Position numbers and translations under genes: made by a program
In this document: positions 40,413 through 48,953 of the stretch, one piece after another
How the letters are laid out: every line of letters begins with the position of its first letter
Numbering within the stretch: position 1 is the first letter of the stretch
Notes under the pieces: generated by a model
Told to the model about the DNA's origin: nothing
The model's input: only the letters and a program-made list of their open reading frames with translations
Databases searched by the model: none
DNA from: a virus
DNA length: 64,000 nucleotides
Direction: 5' to 3' (one strand)
Virus record (IMG/VR): IMGVR_UViG_3300010885_049703
Span: 32,001 to 96,000 of that record

Positions 40413-40835
40413 TTATTTATTTTGTGGTTGATAATCCACGTTGGGCATACTATACAATAGAAAATTGTGACTGACTGCATCAAATCTAATCTTGAACATG
40501 CAGACTCCCGGCTCGTCAAGGTAACCATAGCTGCGCTTTATGCCTCCACGTTTTAATCTATAAACGCAAAAATGATCAAGGTCTATCAACGGTTCACCGC
40601 CTAACTCAATCAGTTCCACAATCACTGCGCTGTCTGTGTCTGTTCTTTCTATTACTTCTACACCTACACTTGCAATAGTTGTGACATCATGAACAAAGTC
40701 AAATCGTACCAGGGCAGGCTCAACTTGTTGACTAGATACCGGGTCTCCCAATATCTGCCAACGTATGGCATTGCCTTTAGATCTGATGTATAACGAAAGA
40801 TTTCTTTGATTTCTTGGCTTCAATGTATTGTTCAT
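40413..40835 (-). CDS. hypothetical protein
   Basis: ORF downstream of the B12-type radical SAM; start uncertain. Confidence 0.5.
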   Translation of the reverse strand: MNNTLKPRNQRNLSLYIRSKGNAIRWQILGDPVSSQQVEPALVRFDFVHDVTTIASVGVEVIERTDTDSAVIVELIELGGEPLIDLDHFCVYRLKRGGIKRSYGYLDEPGVCMFKIRFDAVSHNFLLYSMPNVDYQPQNK

Positions 40836-42324
40836 AAACTTCTTGTTGTTCGCGCAGCATTCTATCAGCTTCTTGACCATCGCGGTCACCAAATCCTAGT
40901 TCGTGTTGTAATTCTAAAAAGCGCCGATATCGATCAAATCGTCTTTCATAGGTATTGTCTGGATTAGTTGGTGTACTCCAAAAAATATGACTCCATCCCT
41001 TGACCACATTCTCTCTTTCAAAATGATAATGATCACGCAATCTACTATCATTGGTTAGTGGTACTTGATCACCAAGAGTAAATGGCGACGAGATGGCTAC
41101 ACTCAATAATCCATCGTTTGCCCAGTGCCGATAACGACGCAACAAATTCAATGTTTCTTCAAAGTCTTCTTCAGTTTCCATTGGATAGCCGGCCATGAAC
41201 AACCATACTTGTTTTATACCATTGTCATGCAATTGATGCGCAGTATAATCAATGTCAGTATTGCTGAATTTTTTACGCATGTCATACCGTATACGTTCAC
41301 TGCCGCTTTCTACTCCAATTATCCATTCAGAACATCCTGCTCGCCCTGCCAGTTCAAAGTCTCGAGGAGGTTGATTTTCTTTACCTCTAAAAATTGCATA
41401 ACCGCTGTAACGCAATGTACGTGGCAAGTGATCTGCAAGATATTGATTCATTTTACGGTAGTTTGGTATGCTGCCGTTGATCAAGTTACCACTGAATCTA
41501 AAAAAGTCTATGCCTGTCCGATGATAACTTTTGATCATTTCTTCGGCCAACAGTTCACCATCTTTGAAAATATATTTGGGCCAAAGATGTTCTACATCAC
41601 AAAAGGTGCATTTTCTAACACAACCTTTGCTGTCTGTGATCAGCAGATATCGATCACTAGGATTAAATCTTTGATAGATATCAAAGTCGTAGTTGTCCCA
41701 ATCAGGAATAGGCACTGCATTTAAGTCTTGACTGGTTTGTGGTGGCGAGTCAACTATACCATACAGATCTTGTTGTATGACATCAATGATAAATGATTCA
41801 GCGTCACCTGTCACTACACAGTCTATCATGCCATGGTCTACTAGAAACCTAGCTCTTGATCCTGTGGCATGAGTATCTCCAGTGTATTCACCTTGAGTTA
41901 AAATTTCTAGCCCGCGACCTCCGGCTAATATTTTTACTCCAGGAAGCCAGCGTCGAATGCTGTAACACATCAAGGTCAGATATGTTTCACTCATGACACT
42001 AAACACGCTCAATCCAACAATATCAGGATTGTATTTTTGTTTTATACCAATAAGTTTTTGTTTGTTCCATTTGAGAACATCAATCAGCACTCTTCTTGGT
42101 AGTTTACGATCAGGATTTGGGCCTTGACTGATATAAAAAAGCAATTCAGGCCAATAAGGTTTGTCCACAAATTCAGTTACAAATTCTGCAGCAAGATCCA
42201 TGGGTACAGCACTTATGCCGGCTTTGTTTAAACAGGCACTGAGCAAAGCAGGAGCTGTGGCAGGCCAGCCTGGGGTCTGATAGGGTAGACTAACAATGAC
42301 TATGGTGCGTTTATCAGTTGGCAT
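40777..42324 (-). CDS. B12-binding-type (class B) radical SAM protein
   Basis: PALLSACL, VGLSVFS, LAGG, GDAE, SKGCVRKCTFC, GVESGS, GYPMETEEDF. Confidence 0.85.
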   Translation of the reverse strand: MPTDKRTIVIVSLPYQTPGWPATAPALLSACLNKAGISAVPMDLAAEFVTEFVDKPYWPELLFYISQGPNPDRKLPRRVLIDVLKWNKQKLIGIKQKYNPDIVGLSVFSVMSETYLTLMCYSIRRWLPGVKILAGGRGLEILTQGEYTGDTHATGSRARFLVDHGMIDCVVTGDAESFIIDVIQQDLYGIVDSPPQTSQDLNAVPIPDWDNYDFDIYQRFNPSDRYLLITDSKGCVRKCTFCDVEHLWPKYIFKDGELLAEEMIKSYHRTGIDFFRFSGNLINGSIPNYRKMNQYLADHLPRTLRYSGYAIFRGKENQPPRDFELAGRAGCSEWIIGVESGSERIRYDMRKKFSNTDIDYTAHQLHDNGIKQVWLFMAGYPMETEEDFEETLNLLRRYRHWANDGLLSVAISSPFTLGDQVPLTNDSRLRDHYHFERENVVKGWSHIFWSTPTNPDNTYERRFDRYRRFLELQHELGFGDRDGQEADRMLREQQEVYEQYIEAKKSKKSFVIHQI

Positions 42325-42495
42325 TGTGATCTTCTTGTTGGGGTTTAAACAAGTATTCATGCCATAATGCATAAGCAAATACCACCAGGCATCCAGTCAA
42401 CATTGTGCCAAGTAAAAACCCAATAACAAAGTATAACTGTTCGGTGCCCATTAAACTACTTATGGAGCAGGGTACCGTGACCGTTAAACAATTCA

Positions 42496-42569
42496 TGGAG
42501 CGGGGTACGAGAATCGAACTCGTTTAACCAGCTTGGAAGGCTGGGACACAACCAATATGCCAACCCCGC
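42496..42569 (-). tRNA. tRNA-Gly(UCC)
   Basis: cloverleaf, anticodon loop CTTCCAA, encoded CCA. Confidence 0.93.
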
Positions 42570-42577
42570 ATCATCCT

Positions 42578-43420
42578 TTATACGTTTGATGCTGCGACAA
42601 TATGATTATGCATGATTTCTTTTACTTTGTCAAATCTTTGATAACGATTTTGAGCACCCATAACGACCACAGCATACGTGCGACCGTTTTGTTCAACAAC
42701 TACTCCCACACAATATCCAGCTGGATTGGTAAACCCAGTTTTGCTTACCACCACTTCGGGAAAAGCCAACAGCACCATGGTATTGGTATTCGGTACATGG
42801 CTAACGTTGGTGTACGTTTTGTGTTTACGATGCACCACAGTGGTAGTTGCCAAATCTTGATAGGTTGAAATTCTACGTATGATTTGATATCCATATGCTG
42901 CCTCCAACATTCTCCCAACATCTTCGGCAGTACTGACATTGGTTTGAATGCGACCTGACGGATCATCAAAGTGGGTGTTCAACATAGCCAACCGTGATGC
43001 CTTGTGGTTCATGGCATCAAGAAATGCAGTACGACCACCAGGATAATCGTGACTTAAAAATTCTGCCACATTATTGTCACTGCGTATCAACAACCGTTGA
43101 AATAATTGTTCTCTAGTCACTAACCGACCTTGATACTGCACGGTCTGTTGAAGATTGGTGTTGCCGTCAAGGCTTACCATTGCAGTCATTAACTTAGTCA
43201 AACTGGCCATTGGCCTTACCAGTTGAGTTCCATGTCCTACGATAGGTGATTGTGTTTTGATGTCATAGGCCCATACACTGATGGGATTCACTGTGCGAGC
43301 AGAATGATATTTTGCTTTTTTAACTGTTGCGTGATGCGAATGATGATGGTGACGTTTTTTAGCTTCAGCAGTGTTGACTAAACATGATAATGCAATGGCT
43401 ATTAATAATATTTTTTTCAA
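42578..43420 (-). CDS. D-Ala-D-Ala carboxy/endopeptidase (peptidase S11, PBP7-like)
   Basis: signal peptide; ASLTK (SxxK), SDN, KTG. Confidence 0.9.
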   Translation of the reverse strand: MKKILLIAIALSCLVNTAEAKKRHHHHSHHATVKKAKYHSARTVNPISVWAYDIKTQSPIVGHGTQLVRPMASLTKLMTAMVSLDGNTNLQQTVQYQGRLVTREQLFQRLLIRSDNNVAEFLSHDYPGGRTAFLDAMNHKASRLAMLNTHFDDPSGRIQTNVSTAEDVGRMLEAAYGYQIIRRISTYQDLATTTVVHRKHKTYTNVSHVPNTNTMVLLAFPEVVVSKTGFTNPAGYCVGVVVEQNGRTYAVVVMGAQNRYQRFDKVKEIMHNHIVAASNV

Positions 43421-43481
43421 TGGGCACCTCGTCTAAATAGTTCAGGCAAAAAGCCTGTTTAATATTTAGCTGGTTTTTTTT

Positions 43482-43556
43482 TGGTCCGGCGTGCAGGAAT
43501 CGAACCCACATTCTAGAGGTAGAAGCTCTATGTCCTATCCGTTGAACGAACGCCAG
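43482..43556 (-). tRNA. tRNA-Arg(UCU)
   Basis: cloverleaf, loop CTTCTAC, encoded CCA. Confidence 0.92.
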
Positions 43557-43566
43557 TTGTTTTAAG

Positions 43567-43591
43567 AAAAAGCCCAGTGACACTGGGCTTT
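43567..43591. terminator. intrinsic terminator after dnaK
   Basis: AAAGCCCAGT-GTC-ACTGGGCTTTTT on the minus strand. Confidence 0.8.
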
Positions 43592-43595
43592 AATT

Positions 43596-45473
43596 TTATT
43601 TGCTTTCTTTGAAGTCGGCATCAACTACTGTTTCATCTGCTGATTGTGCGGACTCAGATGCTTTGGCTTTGGCCTCAAAGATTGGAGCAGCAGCCTTGAA
43701 CAATTCATCCAGACCGGATTTAATTGCTTCCAGGTCATTGCCTTGAACAGCAGTTTCAACCGCAGTGATTGCAGTGTTGACAGAAGTTTTTTGTTCCTCA
43801 GTTAACTGTGATTCAACTTCTTTCATTTCAGCGCGAATCATATGTAACTGTGATTCGGCCTGGTTGCGTGTTTCAATAGATTCACGTTGTTTCTTATCGG
43901 CCTCGGCATTGAGTTCAGCATCCTTGATCATCTGTTCAACTTCGGCATCACTGAGGCCAGAGTTGGATTTGATAGTGATTTTGTTTTCTTTGCCGGTATT
44001 TTTGTCTTTAGCTGATACATGCATGATACCATTGGCATCAATGTCCAATGTTACTTCAATTTGTGGCTGACCACGACGTGCTGGTGCAATGCCTTCAAGG
44101 TTGAATTCGCCCAATGATTTGTTGTACTGAAACAGTTCACGCTCGCCCTGTGCAACTTTGATAGTCACGGCAGGTTGATTGTCGTCGGCAGTGGAGAACA
44201 CTTGGCTATGCTTGGTGGGAATAGTGGTGTTCTTGTTGATCAACTTAGTGAACACTCCACCTTGTGTTTCAATACCAAGGCTCAAGGGAGTTACGTCAAG
44301 CAACAATACGTCTTTGCGCTCGCCGCCCAACACAGCACCTTGCAAGGCAGCACCTGCAGCCACTGCTTCGTCAGGATTGACATCATGTCGTGGCGCTTTG
44401 CCAAACAGTTTCTCAACTGCTTCTTGTACCTTGGGCATACGTGTTTGACCGCCAACAAGTATAACTTCATCTATGTCTGCAGCAGTGACTTTGGCATCGG
44501 TCAGGGCCTGACGGCATGGCGCCAAACTGCGTTGAATCAATTCTTCCACAAGGCTTTCTAACTTGGCACGAGTCATCTTGACATTTAAATGCTTGGGACC
44601 TGTGGCATCAGCAGTGATATAAGGCAAGTTTACATCAGTTTGTGCGCTGTTTGACAATTCAATCTTTGTGCGTTCAGCAGCTTCTTTGAGACGCTGCAGG
44701 GCCATCACATCGGCCTTGAGATCAACCCCGGACTCTTTCTTGAACTCGTCAACAAGATGATCCATGATACGTTGGTCAAAGTCCTCACCACCTAGGAATG
44801 TGTCACCATTGGTTGACAACACTTCAATTTGTTTGTCGCCGTCAACGTGGGCAATCTCAATAATTGAGACGTCAAATGTACCACCACCTAGGTCATACAC
44901 AGCAATCTTGCGATCGCGTTTGTCTTGTTTGTCCACGCCATATGCCAAGGCCGCAGCAGTTGGCTCGTTGATAATGCGCAACACTTCCAGGCCTGCAATC
45001 TTACCTGCATCCTTGGTGGCTTGACGTTGACTATCGTTGAAGTAAGCCGGCACAGTGATAACTGCCTGTGTGACTTCATGGCCAAGATAATCTTCTGCAG
45101 TCTTTTTCATCTTACGCAATACTTCGGCTGAAATTTGCGGAGGTGCTAGTTCTCGATCGTTAGCGCGAACCCAAGCATCGCCATTGCTGGCTTCCATGAT
45201 TTGATATGGCATGAGGTCAATGTCTTTTTGCACAGCTTGTTCTTTGAACTTACGTCCAATCAAACGCTTGGCTGCATAGATTGTATTCTTGGGGTTTGTC
45301 ACTGCCTGACGTTTTGCCGGTGCGCCAACTAACACTTCGGCGTCGGTGTAGGCAACAATTGATGGCGTAGTACGTGCGCCTTCTGAATTTTCAATTACTT
45401 TTGGGGTTCCATTTTCTACAACAGCCACGCATGAGTTGGTGGTTCCGAGGTCAATACCTATAATTGTGCTCAT
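43596..45473 (-). CDS. dnaK: chaperone DnaK (Hsp70)
   Basis: [42 protein letters not shown]; AAGGAG SD. Confidence 0.98.
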   Translation of the reverse strand: MSTIIGIDLGTTNSCVAVVENGTPKVIENSEGARTTPSIVAYTDAEVLVGAPAKRQAVTNPKNTIYAAKRLIGRKFKEQAVQKDIDLMPYQIMEASNGDAWVRANDRELAPPQISAEVLRKMKKTAEDYLGHEVTQAVITVPAYFNDSQRQATKDAGKIAGLEVLRIINEPTAAALAYGVDKQDKRDRKIAVYDLGGGTFDVSIIEIAHVDGDKQIEVLSTNGDTFLGGEDFDQRIMDHLVDEFKKESGVDLKADVMALQRLKEAAERTKIELSNSAQTDVNLPYITADATGPKHLNVKMTRAKLESLVEELIQRSLAPCRQALTDAKVTAADIDEVILVGGQTRMPKVQEAVEKLFGKAPRHDVNPDEAVAAGAALQGAVLGGERKDVLLLDVTPLSLGIETQGGVFTKLINKNTTIPTKHSQVFSTADDNQPAVTIKVAQGERELFQYNKSLGEFNLEGIAPARRGQPQIEVTLDIDANGIMHVSAKDKNTGKENKITIKSNSGLSDAEVEQMIKDAELNAEADKKQRESIETRNQAESQLHMIRAEMKEVESQLTEEQKTSVNTAITAVETAVQGNDLEAIKSGLDELFKAAAPIFEAKAKASESAQSADETVVDADFKESK

Positions 45474-45563
45474 TGTTTTCTCCTTTGAAGTAAGCAAGAT
45501 TTTGCAAATGCCCTGTCGGCACATTTACAAGTAATTATTTATTTCACATTATAACACACTTAG

Positions 45564-45638
45564 TGCCCCTGCTCCGAGTCGAACGGAGATAATTTTCCCT
45601 TTTGAGGAGAACGACTTTACCAATTTGTCCACAGGGGC
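45564..45638 (-). tRNA. tRNA-Leu(CAA), short variable loop, no encoded CCA
   Basis: GCCCCTG/CAGGGGC acceptor stem, loop CTCAAAA, T-arm CTCCG-TTCGACT-CGGAG; followed by CTA. Confidence 0.85.
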
Positions 45639-45642
45639 ATGT

Positions 45643-45879
45643 TTAGTTTGACCAGGTCAGCATGAATAGAGTACGATGTTCATTCCAGCGGAATGCCACA
45701 CCTATGTTATACAATATTTCACAGTCATCATACGCCCAAACACTGTATCTTGGGCCTATGCATTGTTTGAGCCACTCTTCAATAGAATACACTCCCTGGA
45801 TCCAATCTACTTGGGCATTGCCAAGTACGGGCCAAGGAACAGTTGCATGAAATTGGAATCTATGCCAGTCCACTAACAT
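45643..45879 (-). CDS. small phage protein (F.L.W family)
   Basis: ends AFRWNEHRTLFMLTWSN; TAAATA 5 nt upstream. Confidence 0.6.
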   Translation of the reverse strand: MLVDWHRFQFHATVPWPVLGNAQVDWIQGVYSIEEWLKQCIGPRYSVWAYDDCEILYNIGVAFRWNEHRTLFMLTWSN

Positions 45880-45902
45880 GCAAATATTTATTTTATATCC
45901 CC

Positions 45903-46151
45903 TTATTTTTTGTTCATTCTTTCACGTTCAAGTTGTTCTTGATAGAGTTTTTCCTCTGCGTCATCCTCGGCTAAAATTCCAGCACGGCGCTCTTCGTCGG
46001 TTTCTATCTGATCTACATTGGCATTTAATTTTTTGATATCTTCTTCAATTGCATGCTGGTCACTGTGATCCCCGCGTAGTTTGGACATTTCTCGTTCATA
46101 CCGTGTTACAAGGCTAGGTTTAACATGTTGCCTTATCCAATCAGTTGGCAT
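45903..46151 (-). CDS. hypothetical acidic coiled-coil protein
   Basis: start at MPTDWIR after AGGA SD, downstream of tRNA-Trp. Confidence 0.55.
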   Translation of the reverse strand: MPTDWIRQHVKPSLVTRYEREMSKLRGDHSDQHAIEEDIKKLNANVDQIETDEERRAGILAEDDAEEKLYQEQLERERMNKK

Positions 46152-46169
46152 GACAATTTCCTGGTTATT

Positions 46170-46243
46170 TGGCTCCGATGGACAGAATCGAACTGCCACT
46201 CACGGTTTTGGAGACCGTTGCACTGCCATTATACTACACCGGA
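46170..46243 (-). tRNA. tRNA-Trp(CCA)
   Basis: cloverleaf, loop CTCCAAA, encoded CCA. Confidence 0.92.
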
Positions 46244-46932
46244 ATTACTATAGTTCTTACAACGTAATCAGCAAACTCTTGATGCGCGGACTCGTCAAAA
46301 TGCATACGGCCGGTGGGAGTAAATTTTTGTTCAATGCACCAATCTAAAAATACCGGGGCAATCCAATCATACCTTTTTAAAACTGCTGCGTCATCAATGG
46401 GCCAGAAACTGTCTATGTTGATAACTTTGATGCCGGCATAAATTGCAAGTTGATTTAATGTGACAATATTTTTTATTTTGTTTAATCTTCCCACTACAGG
46501 ATCAGTGGCAAACACTATCCAGTGATTTAGATATTTCTGATATAACTTGCGTTGATCAATCCATTGGTAGCGTTTTTTAACGACTTTCTTGCGTCCTTCT
46601 CTCACAACATCATCTGGTTCAGTGCGCAACCATCCTTCTAGTCCTGCTGCCAACGGCAACCATTGTTGGTTTTCTTGCGAATAGATTTCTGAACGATCAC
46701 ATCCAGTCAAGCAGGCAATTACAATGTCATTGCTGGATAGGGATGACAGTTCTCTTTCAAAAATCCTAAACATAGCATCATTGCTACCTCCGGCAATGGC
46801 GTGATTTAGGGGCCGATATCCTAGACTCTGTGCAATTTTCACAGCATAGCTGTGAGAGTAGTTGTATTGATCGTCGCTGCTGATTTCCGAACCAGCAGCA
46901 TGACTACAACCCAATATCAATGCCTGTTTCAT
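46234..46932 (-). CDS. SGNH hydrolase-like protein
   Basis: LGCSHAAG, GGSND, HFDESAH; paralog of 51278..51985. Confidence 0.6.
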   Translation of the reverse strand: MKQALILGCSHAAGSEISSDDQYNYSHSYAVKIAQSLGYRPLNHAIAGGSNDAMFRIFERELSSLSSNDIVIACLTGCDRSEIYSQENQQWLPLAAGLEGWLRTEPDDVVREGRKKVVKKRYQWIDQRKLYQKYLNHWIVFATDPVVGRLNKIKNIVTLNQLAIYAGIKVINIDSFWPIDDAAVLKRYDWIAPVFLDWCIEQKFTPTGRMHFDESAHQEFADYVVRTIVIPV

Positions 46933-46958
46933 ATGCCTACTTAGCTGTGAACCAGATA

Positions 46959-47126
46959 TTAATGCACTGCTTCTTTTGTATTCACTTCACACTCAACTAC
47001 CCAATTATTGAATTGTGTGAATGTACTTACTTCTACCCCGAGTCCCACAGCTTCGTTGACAAAATGTTGCAACAACGAATTATACAACTCATCGGGCATT
47101 GTATCTTTGGCAAATTTAATTTTCAT
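46959..47126 (-). CDS. small hypothetical protein (55 aa)
   Basis: read from sequence: MKIKFAKDTMPDELYNSLLQHFVNEAVGLG..; AGGGA SD. Confidence 0.55.
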   Translation of the reverse strand: MKIKFAKDTMPDELYNSLLQHFVNEAVGLGVEVSTFTQFNNWVVECEVNTKEAVH

Positions 47127-47151
47127 TGTCAATCCCTAGATCTAAAGTAAA

Positions 47152-47356
47152 ATGCTCTGCGTCCCGCGGCGGTAATTATACTGTGTCAGTAAACATGTCC
47201 TCTTTCAAGGGGAATACCTCTACAGCCTCCACCCGCTCCACGACCGGGACCGTTCTCGCATTGCCAGCGCCGTTTCGGTTGGAACGGTACCACCCGTGCT
47301 TGTCATAGCACTTCTCATCCTCCGGGTCAGAGTATCCAGTGACGCTGGAACGGCGC
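47152..47356 (-). ncRNA. unidentified GC-rich multi-pseudoknot RNA abutting the tRNA-Ser 3' end
   Basis: several long-range complementary segments (see findings); no credible CDS. Confidence 0.65.
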
Positions 47357-47444
47357 TGGCGGAGAGTATAGGATTCGAACCTATGCGCCACTTTCGCAAC
47401 GACAGTTTAGCAAACTGCTGCCTTGACCACTCGGCCAACTCTCC
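47357..47444 (-). tRNA. tRNA-Ser(GCU)
   Basis: long variable arm, loop TTGCTAA, encoded GCCA. Confidence 0.93.
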
Positions 47445-47565
47445 ATAAATCTAGTTGCTCTACCATATTGAAACACACTATACAACAGGTTTAGGTCTGC
47501 TTCTATATCCTGTCACGGCGTAGTATGAAGTTATCTCTAGACCTTGGCCGTAATGTGCTTTAATA

Positions 47566-47640
47566 TGGTACACGGTAGGGGAATCGAACCCCTCTTCCAT
47601 CCGTGAAAGGGATGTGTCCTAACCGATAGACGAACCGTGC
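47566..47640 (-). tRNA. tRNA-Glu(UUC)
   Basis: cloverleaf, loop CTTTCAC, encoded CCA. Confidence 0.93.
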
Positions 47641-47835
47641 ATAAAAAAGTGAAGGTTCCTATAAAGCCCATCGTCACCTACAACCATTGGGTAGTCGCCT
47701 ACCATCTGATTTAATGCTAACAAGGAACTGACTATTACATGATGCCGAAGTCACGTTACTGCATCAAACCCTTGCTGAACCCTTGCGGGACGATTCGCAC
47801 TCAATCGTTTTAATCTAGAACTGATACAAAAATAC

Positions 47836-47864
47836 AGTTTAACTGATAATGCATTAATGGTCAA
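47836..47864 (-). promoter_or_regulatory. sigma70-type promoter for the RNA cluster
   Basis: TTGACC-17 nt-TAAACT. Confidence 0.6.
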
Positions 47865-48000
47865 CCAATTGCTGTACTTGTCTAAAACTTTGTTGCATCA
47901 ATCTGGCACGTTCAAGTTTGGCTTCAAGCAACTCTGCCAATTGCTTGGCAGTGAGTTCGTGCTCAGATTTCCGCGGTTGTTTCTGATCTTGTTCCTTCAT
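47854..48000 (-). CDS. small hypothetical protein (48 aa)
   Basis: MKEQDQKQPRKSEHELTAKQLAELLEAKLERARL.. read from sequence. Confidence 0.45.
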   Translation of the reverse strand: MKEQDQKQPRKSEHELTAKQLAELLEAKLERARLMQQSFRQVQQLVDH

Positions 48001-48014
48001 AGTATCTTATAAAA

Positions 48015-48224
48015 TTATTTGTCATTGTGCTTTGAGTTCATTTTCTCAATGCTCTCATCAAATCTTAATCCAGCCAGTGCTGTGACATATACAAAATAAC
48101 AAACAACTGCCACTGCAATTGCCAACACTGCCCAGTTAGGCAAATAACTCATCAAGAATCCCGCTAACAATCCACTGCTGATCACGCCCAGGGCGATTGC
48201 TGCTGCTCTAAGTTTCAAATACAT
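48015..48224 (-). CDS. small membrane protein
   Basis: two hydrophobic segments; AAGGA SD. Confidence 0.6.
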   Translation of the reverse strand: MYLKLRAAAIALGVISSGLLAGFLMSYLPNWAVLAIAVAVVCYFVYVTALAGLRFDESIEKMNSKHNDK

Positions 48225-48260
48225 TTTGTTTCCTTTCAATAAATTAACTACTGAACCTAT

Positions 48261-48289
48261 ATTTTACTTGAGGTTGATTATTAAGTCAA
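48261..48289 (-). promoter_or_regulatory. sigma70-type promoter
   Basis: TTGACT-17 nt-TAAAAT, then TAGTTAA. Confidence 0.65.
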
Positions 48290-48296
48290 CCTCAAG

Positions 48297-48878
48297 TTAT
48301 GTGGCACCCACAGGTCCGTTACCGTTTTGAAAGCCAATTTTGCCACCTTCTGCTTCAATACGTTTGATCACGTCTTCAAACAGTATAGGCGCAAAGTCGG
48401 TTTGTTCTACGCAGACGCAATGGTAGCGAACATCAATTTTGTATTCGCCCCATACTTCGGTCATCACACGGTTTGAATGTAGATGTCCGTGTATGTTGGT
48501 ACCAAAGCGACCCAGACTCTCTGAGTGTATGGGAATATGGCTTAGTATCATTCCGTTCATCACATGGTATGCACGTAGTTCACGGAAGTATTTACGATAT
48601 TCGTCATCACGGAAGATGTCATGGTTACCACGTATCAACACCTTGTCACCGTTTAGACGAGCCATTGTAGCCAGTGCTCGGCGATTGATAACAACATCTC
48701 CAAGGTGGTAGACTTTGTCGTTGGGCCGGACACGTTCGTTCCAGGCCTTGACCATCGCCTCATCCATGTCCTCAGGTGTGTCCCAAGGACGTAGCTTGGT
48801 CACCCCGTCGTTGCGCATAAAACGGCAAACGCCTGCGTGTCCAAAATGCGTATCACTGACTAAAAATACTGCTGGCAT
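48297..48878 (-). CDS. calcineurin-like metallophosphoesterase
   Basis: SDTHFGH, HLGD, GNHD, SHIP, HGHLH. Confidence 0.9.
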   Translation of the reverse strand: MPAVFLVSDTHFGHAGVCRFMRNDGVTKLRPWDTPEDMDEAMVKAWNERVRPNDKVYHLGDVVINRRALATMARLNGDKVLIRGNHDIFRDDEYRKYFRELRAYHVMNGMILSHIPIHSESLGRFGTNIHGHLHSNRVMTEVWGEYKIDVRYHCVCVEQTDFAPILFEDVIKRIEAEGGKIGFQNGNGPVGAT

Positions 48879-48924
48879 AATGTGCTCCTGTTGCAATTTT
48901 AACAACTAATTTAACTATACTGCT

Positions 48925-48953
48925 ATTATAGCAGACCACTGATTATTGGTCAA
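48925..48953 (-). promoter_or_regulatory. sigma70-type promoter
   Basis: TTGACC AATAAT..(17)..TATAAT, then TAGTTAA. Confidence 0.8.

Noticed and set aside
39765-40460. 231-aa plus-strand ORF
   Set aside because: Antisense to the plcP-like gene and the tmRNA; a shadow ORF
31314-45473. Bacterial chromosome origin
   Set aside because: Host-like genes lack their usual operon partners (no pstCAB, dnaJ/grpE, gmk/spoT, smpB) and sit among phage-type orphans
47152-47356. RNase P RNA, hammerhead or canonical theta ribozyme
   Set aside because: No GAGGAAAGUCC/ACAGAA P4 motifs, no CUGAUGA core, and HDV P3/L3 geometry does not fit; kept as an unidentified RNA
47126-47438. Short ORFs over tRNA-Ser and its trailer
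   Set aside because: They overlap a clear tRNA and a structured GC-rich tract and lack an SD
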